A stretch of DNA of 37,032 bases from Peptococcaceae bacterium (GTDB lineage: Bacteria; Bacillota; Desulfotomaculia; Desulfotomaculales; Desulfocucumaceae), in NCBI GenBank assembly GCA_013336365.1, contig JAAXTT010000001.1, forward strand, positions 1 to 37,032, given 5' to 3'. Each line of letters opens with the position of its first letter. Within the stretch, counting starts at the first letter, position 1. The notes beneath the pieces were generated by a model, which saw only the letters and a list, made by a program, of their open reading frames with translations, was not told where the DNA came from and did not search any database. Made by a program: the position numbers and the translations under genes. Shown piece by piece: positions 9,148 through 17,187 of the stretch.

Positions 9148-10561
9148 ATATGATGGGGATATTTTATCTGCGTTTCAAAAGATTATGAATTTGCCCGGGT
9201 GCCTTTTACTGGAAAGCGGCAAAATAATGACCGGTTTTTCGAGATATTCCTTTATGGCTGCAGACCCATTTATGACAATAATTTCAAGGAACAGCAAAGT
9301 GGAAATCAGCAGGATTGATAATAAGGGATCAGTAGAGATTATTCAAGGTGATCTGCTCCAGATATTAAGGGAAAATATGAAAAAATATAAAATATCGGAT
9401 TCAGAAAGTCGGGTTCCCTTCATTGGGGGGGCTGCGGGCTATTTTTCTTATGATTTGGGTAGAAAGTTTGAAGAGATAGAAGAAATTTCTGAAGATGATC
9501 TTTCTACTCCAGAATGCTGGCTTGGTTTCTATGATACTGTAATAGCTTTTGACCATCTCAAGGACACCTTGGTTATATTTTCCTCAGGGTTCCCAAAAGA
9601 AACAAGGGAAGAACGTCTGCATAGGGCTGAGGATAGAATAAGATTTTTTGAAAGCAAGTTGATTGAAAATGAGATGAAGTCCGGAGTAACGGATGACAAT
9701 AGAGAGCTTGCTGAGGATGGGAGTTTTTTAGATTTAAGCTCCAATTTTGACCGGGAAAGCTATTGTCAGATGGTGGATAGAGTTAAGGAGTATATTACAG
9801 CCGGAGATATTTACCAGGTTAATATTTCACAGAGGTTTCAAACTCTTTGCTCTGCAGATCCCTGGACTGTTTATAAAAGACTTGGCAAAATTAACCCGGC
9901 ACCTATGGCTGCCTATATAAATTGTGGTGATTTTCAAATAGTAAGTGCGTCTCCGGAGAGATTTATTAAAAAATCAGATAATAATATTGAGACCAGACCG
10001 ATAAAGGGTACCAGACCAAGGGGCAGTGATGCCTTAGAGGATCTGAGGCAGAAGGAGTCTTTAAGGAGCAGTGAAAAGGACAGAGCTGAGCTTGTGATGA
10101 TTGTTGATTTGGAGCGTAATGATTTTGGTAAGGTATGTGTTCCCGGATCAATAAAGGTATCTGAGCTTTATCGGCTTGAGGAGTATTCTACGGTATTTCA
10201 TCTTGTCTCAACAGTTTCAGGGGAGCTTGAATCAGAGTATGATATTTTTGATTTAATCAGAGGTGCCTTTCCCGGTGGATCTATATCAGGGGCCCCGAAA
10301 AAACGTGCTATGGAGATTATTGAAGAGCTGGAACCGGTAAGACGAGGCATCTATTGCGGCTCAATAGGCTATATTTCATTTGACGGCAATGCTGATTTTA
10401 ATATTGTTATCAGGACTTTGTTATTTAAGGAAGATTATATTTATTTTCAGGTAGGCGGAGGAATTACTATTGATTCTGATCCTCAAGCTGAATATCAGGA
10501 GACCTTGGATAAAGCTAGGGCGCTGATTTCCTCACTTAGAGCTAATAAGAGTCAATTTTAA
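9119..10561 (+). CDS. pabB: Aminodeoxychorismate synthase component I (chorismate-binding enzyme)
   Basis: Chorismate-binding motifs GDIYQVNISQR, SPERF, TRPIKGT, MIVDLERND and FPGGSISGAPK. It overlaps the pabA end and is followed by a class IV aminotransferase. That context favours PabB over TrpE. Confidence 0.85.
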   Translation: MNLVISKKLKYDGDILSAFQKIMNLPGCLLLESGKIMTGFSRYSFMAADPFMTIISRNSKVEISRIDNKGSVEIIQGDLLQILRENMKKYKISDSESRVPFIGGAAGYFSYDLGRKFEEIEEISEDDLSTPECWLGFYDTVIAFDHLKDTLVIFSSGFPKETREERLHRAEDRIRFFESKLIENEMKSGVTDDNRELAEDGSFLDLSSNFDRESYCQMVDRVKEYITAGDIYQVNISQRFQTLCSADPWTVYKRLGKINPAPMAAYINCGDFQIVSASPERFIKKSDNNIETRPIKGTRPRGSDALEDLRQKESLRSSEKDRAELVMIVDLERNDFGKVCVPGSIKVSELYRLEEYSTVFHLVSTVSGELESEYDIFDLIRGAFPGGSISGAPKKRAMEIIEELEPVRRGIYCGSIGYISFDGNADFNIVIRTLLFKEDYIYFQVGGGITIDSDPQAEYQETLDKARALISSLRANKSQF

Positions 10562-10575
10562 GATGGAGAAAATTA

Positions 10576-11403
10576 ATGTATTCCAAGAATACTGTATGCC
10601 TAAATGGTGAGTTTATTCCTGTGGAAAACGCTGCAATTTCCATTCAAGACCAAGGCGTTCTTTATGGGGCAGGTCTCTTTGAAACGATAAAGGTGGAAAA
10701 GGGGTTTCCTGTGCGAGGGTCCTTGCATGTGTCCAGACTTTTTTCCTCGACAGACGCTCTAAATATAGCTATTACCTTCAATCGAGATGAAATCGAACAA
10801 ATGCTTGAGAAAACTGCCCGGATGAATGGTCTGGACAAAGGGGCACTGCGATTGACCCTAACCGCAGGCAGTAGTAAGGTTATGCCAAGCATATTTATAA
10901 CAACCAGAGAATTGCCCTATTCCGAGCAATCCTTGGAAAAGGGAATAAAGGCCGGTTTCTCGGAAATAAGAAAAAACAAGGATTCCATGCTATCAAGGCA
11001 TAAAACCTTAAATTATTATGAGAATGTTATCGCCAAAGGCTATGCCCGGAAGAAGGGCTGGAATGAGGCATTGTTTTTGAATCAAGAGGGAAATATTACT
11101 GAGGGCTGTACAAGCAATATTTTCTTGGTCAGAAACAACAAAATTATAACTCCGGGAATAGACAGCGGTCTTCTTCCGGGAATAATCCGCGGATTGATTA
11201 TTAATAGCCTTAGTAATAGCAATAGTTCTGTTGAGGAAAGAAGTGTCAGCCCTGAGGAGCTTTTATCTGCCCATGAGATATTTGCAACTAATTCTCTTAT
11301 AGGAATTATGCCTATTGTAAGCATAGGTAATATTGTAATCGGAAATGGAATTCCAGGCCCGATTACAAGAGAGCTAAACAATTCAAATATTTTATCAAAG
11401 TAA
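10576..11403 (+). CDS. pabC: Aminodeoxychorismate lyase (PLP fold-type IV aminotransferase family)
   Basis: Class IV aminotransferase-like sequence (YGAGLFET, HKTLNY, ITEGCTSNIF). The position directly after pabAB supports the call. Confidence 0.75.
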   Translation: MYSKNTVCLNGEFIPVENAAISIQDQGVLYGAGLFETIKVEKGFPVRGSLHVSRLFSSTDALNIAITFNRDEIEQMLEKTARMNGLDKGALRLTLTAGSSKVMPSIFITTRELPYSEQSLEKGIKAGFSEIRKNKDSMLSRHKTLNYYENVIAKGYARKKGWNEALFLNQEGNITEGCTSNIFLVRNNKIITPGIDSGLLPGIIRGLIINSLSNSNSSVEERSVSPEELLSAHEIFATNSLIGIMPIVSIGNIVIGNGIPGPITRELNNSNILSK

Positions 11404-11495
11404 TAATGTAATAGAGAATTGTCGGGATTCTACGGATAATTATATGTGATACAATACATGGATATAACCTTATAATTTTAGGAGGCTGAATATAT

Positions 11496-12479
11496 ATGGA
11501 TCGCGAACTTACCCTTGAAGTAGTAAGAGTTACTGAGGTAGCAGCTTTGGCTGCAGCCGGCTGGATGGGCAGGGGGAAAAAGAATGAAGCTGATGGTGCG
11601 GCTACCAATGCAATGAGAGCAATGTTTGATACCATTGCCATAAACGGCACAGTGGTGATTGGTGAGGGAGAAATGGATGAGGCACCTATGTTATACATAG
11701 GAGAAAAGCTAGGCAATTCTTCAGGGCCTGAGGTTGATGTGGCAGTTGATCCTTTGGAGGGTACAAATATACTGGCACAAGGCTTGCCAAATGCTTTGGC
11801 AGTGGTGGCTATAGCAGATAGAGGCAATCTTTTGAATGCACCGGATATGTATATGGAGAAAATTGCTGTTGGCCCAAGGGCTGCCGGTAAAATTCATATT
11901 GATGATCCCTTGGAGAAAACCTTGGAAATTGTTGCCAAAGCAAATAATAAAAGAATTTCAGAGTGTACAGTAATGGTTTTGGATAGGGAAAGGCATCAGC
12001 CGATTATTGATGCAGTGAGAAGGGCCGGTGCCAGAGTAAGATTGATCGGTGATGGGGACGTGGGTTCTGCTATATATACTGCAATTCCTGACACCGGAGT
12101 TGATTTATGTGTTGGTATAGGTGGTGCTCCGGAAGGAGTTATTGCTGCGGTGGCGCTGAAGTGCCTTGGTGGAGAAATGCAGGCCAGACTTTGGCCGGAG
12201 GATGATGAGGACAGGGCTCGCTGTGCCCAAATGGGGATAACGGATTGTAGCAAAATTTTATTTATGGATGATTTGGTTAAGGGTGACGACGCTATTTTTG
12301 CTGCTACCGGGGTAACTGATGGTGAGCTTTTAAAGGGTGTGCGTATGCTGGGTGGAGATCTGGCTGAAACTCATTCCCTAGTTATGAGATATAAAAATAA
12401 AACAATTCGCTGGATAAAGGCAATTCATAATCTTTCCTGTAAGGCTGACCTGATTGCCGGAACACCATATATTAAATAA
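11496..12479 (+). CDS. glpX: Fructose-1,6-bisphosphatase class II
   Basis: The GlpX N-terminus ([30 protein letters not shown]) and DPLEGT are diagnostic. SD AGGAGG lies upstream. Confidence 0.9.
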   Translation: MDRELTLEVVRVTEVAALAAAGWMGRGKKNEADGAATNAMRAMFDTIAINGTVVIGEGEMDEAPMLYIGEKLGNSSGPEVDVAVDPLEGTNILAQGLPNALAVVAIADRGNLLNAPDMYMEKIAVGPRAAGKIHIDDPLEKTLEIVAKANNKRISECTVMVLDRERHQPIIDAVRRAGARVRLIGDGDVGSAIYTAIPDTGVDLCVGIGGAPEGVIAAVALKCLGGEMQARLWPEDDEDRARCAQMGITDCSKILFMDDLVKGDDAIFAATGVTDGELLKGVRMLGGDLAETHSLVMRYKNKTIRWIKAIHNLSCKADLIAGTPYIK

Positions 12480-12482
12480 ATA

Positions 12483-12511
12483 TTGACAGGCCAATGATAG
12501 ATATGTATACT
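12483..12511 (+). promoter_or_regulatory. Near-consensus sigma-A promoter upstream of hisG
   Basis: TTGACA - 17 nt - TATACT. Confidence 0.6.
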
Positions 12512-12581
12512 TGAATGAAATGCTTTAGCATAGTAAAGTATTAGCGAGACATTAAAATAAAGAATTGGGAGGACAAAGACA

Positions 12582-13454
12582 ATGTCAAAATTAAGATTAG
12601 GATTGCCCAAGGGTAGTCTGCAGGATTCAACCTTTCAGCTTTTCAAAAGAGCAGGCTTTAATATTACTCTGAGAAGCAGATCTTATTTTCCTACTATTGA
12701 TGATTCTGAATTGGAAATAGTACTTATGCGTGCCCAGGAAATTCCTCGTTATGTAAACGAGGGGGTTTTAGATGCAGGTCTTTCAGGATATGACTGGATT
12801 ATGGAGAATGAGGCAGATGTGGTTGAGGTTGCGGATTTGGTCTATTCAAAGCAGACAAGCAATCCTATCAAGTTGGTACTGGCTGTTGCTAATGAAAGCA
12901 ATATTCATTCAGTCAAGGATCTGGAAGGAAAAAGAATAGCTACTGAATTGGTTAATGTAACCAAGAACTATTTAAAACAAAATGGAGTAAATGCCGTTGT
13001 TGAATATTCCTATGGTGCTACAGAGGTTAAGGTTCCTACCCTGGTTGATGCAATTGCAGATATAACTGAAACCGGCAGCTCCATAAAAGCAAATAATCTT
13101 AGAATAATAGCGACAATATTAGAGTCCAGCACCAAATTGCATGCAAACAATATTTCTTGGCAGGATCCTTGGAAGCGCGAGAAACTTCAGAATTTGTCGA
13201 TTCTTCTTCAAGGAGCACTTAGAGCTGATTCTAAGGTTGGTCTGAAAATGAATGTTCCCGGGGATAAACTTGATAATGTACTTTCTGTTTTGCCGGCTAT
13301 GAAGCATCCTACTATCTCAAAATTATATAACAGTGACTGGGTCGCTGTTGAGGTGGTGCTGGATGAGAAGCAAGTAAGGGATCTTATTCCTCCACTGCTT
13401 CAGATAGGTGCACAGGACATTATTGAATATCCCCTAAATAAGGTAATACCATAG
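12582..13454 (+). CDS. hisG: ATP phosphoribosyltransferase, long form with C-terminal regulatory domain
   Basis: [32 protein letters not shown], and a C-terminal HisG_C-like part (HPTISKL..WVAVEVV). SD GGGAGG lies upstream. Confidence 0.85.
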   Translation: MSKLRLGLPKGSLQDSTFQLFKRAGFNITLRSRSYFPTIDDSELEIVLMRAQEIPRYVNEGVLDAGLSGYDWIMENEADVVEVADLVYSKQTSNPIKLVLAVANESNIHSVKDLEGKRIATELVNVTKNYLKQNGVNAVVEYSYGATEVKVPTLVDAIADITETGSSIKANNLRIIATILESSTKLHANNISWQDPWKREKLQNLSILLQGALRADSKVGLKMNVPGDKLDNVLSVLPAMKHPTISKLYNSDWVAVEVVLDEKQVRDLIPPLLQIGAQDIIEYPLNKVIP

Positions 13455-13477
13455 GGTAAAAAAGCGAGGTTTTCTTA

Positions 13478-14161
13478 TTGATTCCTTTGCGGGATAGTGT
13501 CAAATCACAGAAAGCACCTTATGTTAACTGGATTCTCATAGCCTTGAATATATATGTTTTTATCAAGGAATTTCTAATGCCCCAGGATATGCTGAATAGC
13601 TTTTTTTATAGCTTTGGTTTGGTGCCAAAAAACATTGTTGAAATTTTTATTTCCGGAAACATTTTTCAACCGGAAATTATAACCTTTGTTACTGCAATGT
13701 TCCTCCATGGAGGGTGGCTTCATCTTTTGGGCAATATGCTATTTCTTTGGGTGTTTGGGGATAATGTGGAAGACAGACTTGGACATTTTAGATATTTGAT
13801 ATTTTATATTGCAACAGGAATAATAGGCAGCATCGCTCATATTATGGCTGATCCTTTATCAGTAGCTCCTGTTATTGGGGCAAGCGGAGCTGTGGCTGGG
13901 GTTTTGGGTGCATACATGATCACCTTCCCCAAAGCAAGGGTACTTACCCTTGTTCCGATTGTTTTTTTCTTTACCCTTGCAGAAATACCTGCCGTAGTAT
14001 TTTTGATTTTGTGGTTTGTTTTGCAGATATTCAGCAGTTTTGCCTCATTGGGAGGTGGCGCTGAGTCCGTAGCTTGGTGGGCACATATCGGTGGGTTTTT
14101 ATTTGGGATTGTATTAATAAAAACAATTGCGCCGAAAAAAATTAGCTGGTACAAATCTTAA
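13478..14161 (+). CDS. Rhomboid-family intramembrane serine protease
   Basis: Multi-pass membrane protein with HGGWLHLLGNM, the catalytic-Ser motif GASGAVAGV and the catalytic-His segment WAHIGGFLFG. Confidence 0.85.
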   Translation: MIPLRDSVKSQKAPYVNWILIALNIYVFIKEFLMPQDMLNSFFYSFGLVPKNIVEIFISGNIFQPEIITFVTAMFLHGGWLHLLGNMLFLWVFGDNVEDRLGHFRYLIFYIATGIIGSIAHIMADPLSVAPVIGASGAVAGVLGAYMITFPKARVLTLVPIVFFFTLAEIPAVVFLILWFVLQIFSSFASLGGGAESVAWWAHIGGFLFGIVLIKTIAPKKISWYKS

Positions 14162-14180
14162 CATATTTGAGATATAAAAG

Positions 14181-14221
14181 GATAAATGGTACAGGCTGTT
14201 ACATTTCCTGTACCATTTATC
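14181..14221. terminator. Bidirectional hairpin terminator shared by the rhomboid gene (+) and the small-ORF unit (-)
   Basis: Perfect 15-bp stem (GATAAATGGTACAGG / CCTGTACCATTTATC) with an 11-nt loop. On the - strand it is followed by CTTTTAT, and on the + strand by CTTTC. Confidence 0.7.
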
Positions 14222-14293
14222 TTTCGGTAATTTCAATGAATCTAAGCATTGGTTTTTACCTCCTGAAAAGATTGCTTTGGTATTAATTTTCGG

Positions 14294-14395
14294 TTATTTA
14301 GGCTGGTTGATGCCTATAGCATCAAATTCATTTTCCGGAAACATTTTTTCAAGTCCGATATCTCTCAGAATTTCATCAATAAGTTCTTTTGTCAT
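14294..14395 (-). CDS. Unannotated 33-aa acidic peptide, MTKELIDEILRDIGLEKMFPENEFDAIGINQPK; function unknown
   Basis: ATG preceded by GAAGGGGGG with a 6-nt spacer. A consensus promoter lies 46 nt upstream and a hairpin terminator lies downstream. It is below the ORF-track size cutoff. Confidence 0.45.
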   Translation of the reverse strand: MTKELIDEILRDIGLEKMFPENEFDAIGINQPK

Positions 14396-14440
14396 ATTTA
14401 ACCCCCCTTCAAGTATTATAAATTAGTAACAGGTACTATG

Positions 14441-14468
14441 ATTATATGTTATTATTTGGAAATGTCAA
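14441..14468 (-). promoter_or_regulatory. Consensus sigma-A promoter driving the small-ORF unit
   Basis: On the - strand: TTGACA - 16 nt - TATAAT. Both hexamers are perfect. Confidence 0.6.
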
Positions 14469-14476
14469 TTAATTCT

Positions 14477-14488
14477 GAAATTAATTTC
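14477..14488. repeat. Perfect 12-bp palindrome GAAATTAATTTC between two divergent -35 boxes
   Basis: Read directly. It lies between the - strand -35 (14463-14468) and the + strand -35 (14500-14505). It is AT-rich, so a chance occurrence is possible. Confidence 0.5.
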
Positions 14489-14499
14489 CGCTACTAGGG

Positions 14500-14528
14500 T
14501 TGCTTTTTATTAAAGAGAATAGTATATT
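14500..14528 (+). promoter_or_regulatory. Candidate sigma-A promoter of the T-box leader / aroF-pheA operon
   Basis: TTGCTT - 17 nt - TATATT, about 30 nt upstream of the Stem I base. Confidence 0.55.
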
Positions 14529-14559
14529 ACTGATACAACTAAAATATATTCCTATTAAA

Positions 14560-14860
14560 ATCAATGAAGGAGAAAAGTAAATCAATAACATCTCTTCAGG
14601 AAGAAGATGCCGGCGTATAGCTGATTGGGAGCGTCTTTAGAGATTGTCTGATTGAAGTTCTCTCCGGAGATGCAGGCTGAAATCATTTGATAATGATGGG
14701 TAGGCTGTGCCGTGTTTCCTACGTTAGAGGAAGGGGGTATGGATTTTTCGTACCTTTTGGAGTGGGCTTCCTGGGATTAACCTGGGATGCCAAATAGGGT
14801 GGTAACACGGATCAGCAAAAGCTTTCCGTCCCTAATTATAGGGATGGAGGGCTTTTTTTT
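14560..14860 (+). promoter_or_regulatory. T-box riboswitch leader (tRNA-sensing transcription attenuator) controlling aroF-pheA
   Basis: The Stem I base has a K-turn-like AUC-AAUGAA-GGAGA ... UCUCC-GGA-GAU, and AGUA lies on the 5' side of the internal loop. An F-box-like ACGUUA is at 14721-14726. The T-box core AAAUAGGGUGGUAACACGG is at 14792-14810. The antiterminator can form as UAGGG/CCCUA plus ACGG/CCGU around a 7-nt bulge UGGUAAC. This competes with a 14-bp terminator stem followed by a U8 run. Confidence 0.85.
14820..14860 (+). terminator. Intrinsic terminator of the T-box leader
   Basis: AGCTTTCCGTCCCT - AATTAT - AGGGATGGAGGGCT forms a 14-bp stem with three G-U pairs, followed by TTTTTTTT. 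Confidence 0.85.
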
Positions 14861-14906
14861 ATTAAACAGCAAAAGAAGAATTAATTCTATTATAGAAAGG
14901 GAGGGA

Positions 14907-14926
14907 ATCCGGACAATGTTCCGGAT
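14907..14926 (+). promoter_or_regulatory. 7-bp hairpin between the only SD (14899-14905) and the aroF start codon
   Basis: AUCCGGA-CAAUGU-UCCGGAU. The loop contains the AUG (14916) of a 13-codon out-of-frame uORF (14916-14957). Confidence 0.4.
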
Positions 14927-14934
14927 GAAAAAAA

Positions 14935-15948
14935 ATGATTATTGTAATGGATATTAAAAGCTCTAAGCCTCAAGTGGATTTGGTAATAGAAAAACTGGAA
15001 ACCTCAGGGTTTCAAGCACATTTAATTTTGGGTGTTAAAAGAATTGTAATTGGTGCTGTAGGAGATCGGGCTGCCATATATTCCTTAGGCCTGGAAGGGA
15101 TGCCCGGAGTAATAGGGGTAGTTCCGATTATGCACCCTTACAAATTGGTCAGTAAGGAAGCTGCCGGAGGCACCTCGATAGTTAAGGTGGGAGATACAGA
15201 AATAGGCGGATCCAAGGTGGTTTTAATAGCAGGTCCTTGTGCAGTGGAGTCTGAAACTCAAATTTATCAGGCAGCAGAAGCCGTCAAAAAACAAGGAGCA
15301 AAAATATTAAGGGGAGGAACCTTTAAGCCTCGAACCTCACCGTACAGTTTTCAGGGCATGGAGGAAGAAGGTCTGAAAATAATGCAGGCTGCAGCAAAAG
15401 AATATGGTTTGGCCACTGTGACTGAGGTTGTGGACCTGCCTAGCTTGGACACTGCTCTGGAATATGTTGATATGGTACAGATCGGTGCCAGGAACATGCA
15501 GAATTTCCGTTTATTACAGGCTGTGGGTAAGGCCAAGCGACCTGTACTGTTAAAAAGAGGATTGTCAGCAACTATTGAGGAGTGGCTTATGGCTGCAGAA
15601 TATATAGCATCTGAGGGTAATGCAAGTGTAATCTTATGTGAGCGGGGAATTAGAACCTTTGAAACAGCAACCAGGAATACCTTGGATATAAGTGCAATTC
15701 CTCTGGTAAAGAGCCTATCTCATTTGCCGGTCTTGGTAGATCCGAGTCATGCGACCGGGATCAGAGCATTAGTGGCCCCCATGAGTCTGGCAGCAGTAGC
15801 TGCCGGTGCTGATGGATTGTTAATAGAGGTTCATCCTGAACCGGCAAAGGCGTTATGCGATGGCCCTCAATCCCTAAGTCCTGATGAATTTGAAAAGCTG
15901 GTGCAGGAATTGATTCCGATTGTTGCAGCGGTAAAGAAAACACTATGA
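14935..15948 (+). CDS. aroF: 3-deoxy-7-phosphoheptulonate (DAHP) synthase, type I-beta, with an N-terminal ACT/ferredoxin-like regulatory domain
   Basis: Core motifs IAGPCAVES, LRGG.FKPRTSPYSFQG, IGARNMQNF and DPSHA. An ~90-aa N-terminal extension resembles the Thermotoga-type regulatory domain. Confidence 0.9.
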   Translation: MIIVMDIKSSKPQVDLVIEKLETSGFQAHLILGVKRIVIGAVGDRAAIYSLGLEGMPGVIGVVPIMHPYKLVSKEAAGGTSIVKVGDTEIGGSKVVLIAGPCAVESETQIYQAAEAVKKQGAKILRGGTFKPRTSPYSFQGMEEEGLKIMQAAAKEYGLATVTEVVDLPSLDTALEYVDMVQIGARNMQNFRLLQAVGKAKRPVLLKRGLSATIEEWLMAAEYIASEGNASVILCERGIRTFETATRNTLDISAIPLVKSLSHLPVLVDPSHATGIRALVAPMSLAAVAAGADGLLIEVHPEPAKALCDGPQSLSPDEFEKLVQELIPIVAAVKKTL

Positions 15949-15959
15949 GGTGAGGATGA

Positions 15960-17102
15960 ATGAAAATAGGCTATTTGGGTCCAAAGGGTTCCTTTACTGA
16001 GGCCGCAGCCCATAAATATATAGGAGAAAATGCTTCTGATGTGGAGATGATCTGTTGCCCCAGCCTTGCAAATATAGTATCAAGGGTTGAAAGCCTTCAG
16101 TTGGATCGAGGGATAGTTCCTTTGGAAAATTCTATCGAGGGTGGGGTAAATCAGATATTGGATCTGGTGGCCAAATCTGAGGTAATAAGGTTTTGCGGAG
16201 AGGTAATTATAAAGATAAGGCATTGCCTGCTGGTAAAGCCCGGGACCGGGAAAAATCAGATAAAGAAGGTGTTGTCTCATCCCCAGGCTCTGGCCCAGTG
16301 CAGAAAATACCTAGACCGTGAATTACCGGGACACCTTTTAGAAGAAACTCCCAGTACCTCACAGGCAGTAAAAACGGTAGCCTGCGGTAATGGCGACATG
16401 GCAGCTATAGGCACGGAGATATCTGCAGGTATTTATGGTCTTGAAATAGTAGATTGTGGGATTCAGGATTCTGATGAAAATTTGACTAGATTTATAGTGC
16501 TGGCCAGAGAGGATTGTGAATACAGCCCGAATTCCAAAACATCGTTAATTGTTGAAGCAAAAGACCGGCCGGGTGCGCTATACAGTATCTTAAGAGAGTT
16601 TGCTCTTAGGGAGATAAATCTGACCAAGATTGAGTCCAGACCGATAAAAAAGAAATTGGGTCAATATCGCTTTTTTATTGACTTAGAGGGACATCGCAGG
16701 GATCCGGAAATAGACGGCGTTATCGATAATCTTATAAGCAAAATGAATTATATACGAGTATTGGGTTCCTATCCAAAGGATGAAAGCCTTGACTCAAAAG
16801 ACCCCACAGAAAAGAAAACAGCGCCGATTTCAATTGAAGAAATGAGAGCAGAAATAGATCTGATGGACAGTCAAATTGTTGATTTGATAGGAATGAGAAC
16901 AAATATGGTAAGAAAAATCGGTTCCCTTAAAGGAGAAGTCAATAAAATTAGGGATCCTGCCAGAGAGAAAATTGTTATTGACCGGGTCAGGGAAATAGCA
17001 GTAAAAAAGAAGGTTGATCCGGATATAATTGAAAGGGTTTACAGCACAATAGTAGAGTATAGTGTGGAGCTTCAGAAAAAAGGGCTTGAACTTAATAAAT
17101 AG
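15960..17102 (+). CDS. pheA: Bifunctional prephenate dehydratase / chorismate mutase, with domain order PDT-ACT-CM
   Basis: PDT domain (GYLGPKGSFTEAAA, TRF), ACT domain (DRPGALY, ESRP) and a C-terminal AroQ-type chorismate mutase (IEEMRAEIDLMDSQIVDLIGMR...). Confidence 0.9.
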   Translation: MKIGYLGPKGSFTEAAAHKYIGENASDVEMICCPSLANIVSRVESLQLDRGIVPLENSIEGGVNQILDLVAKSEVIRFCGEVIIKIRHCLLVKPGTGKNQIKKVLSHPQALAQCRKYLDRELPGHLLEETPSTSQAVKTVACGNGDMAAIGTEISAGIYGLEIVDCGIQDSDENLTRFIVLAREDCEYSPNSKTSLIVEAKDRPGALYSILREFALREINLTKIESRPIKKKLGQYRFFIDLEGHRRDPEIDGVIDNLISKMNYIRVLGSYPKDESLDSKDPTEKKTAPISIEEMRAEIDLMDSQIVDLIGMRTNMVRKIGSLKGEVNKIRDPAREKIVIDRVREIAVKKKVDPDIIERVYSTIVEYSVELQKKGLELNK

Positions 17103-17121
17103 TTGAAAGGAAATACAAATA

Positions 17122-17155
17122 AACAGCGTCCAATAGACTGGATGCTGTTTGTTTT
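17122..17155 (+). terminator. Intrinsic terminator after pheA
   Basis: 11-bp stem AACAGCGTCCA / TGGATGCTGTT with a 6-nt loop, followed by TGTTTT. Confidence 0.75.
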
Positions 17156-17187
17156 AACAATTGGATTTTTTTCATTATTGAATGTTA

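Noticed and set aside
14217-14395. The idea that the 33-aa ORF and the following frames are the frameshifted relic of an acyl/peptidyl carrier protein (ENEFDAIGINQ versus the DLGxDS motif, with LDSL in the read-through frame).
   Set aside because: The similarity is only a few residues, the phosphopantetheine Ser is absent, and no continuous carrier-protein-like helix pattern appears in any frame. A consensus promoter and SD argue against a dead relic. This cannot be decided without a profile search.
14678-14684. GAA-AUC-A, which looks like a textbook Ile (AUC) specifier in the T-box leader.
   Set aside because: It lies downstream of the K-turn-closed Stem I and forms the 5' arm of a separate hairpin (AUCAUU/AAUGAU, 14682-14697). 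The flanking sequence cannot form the required Stem I helices. An Ile signal would also make no sense for aroF-pheA.
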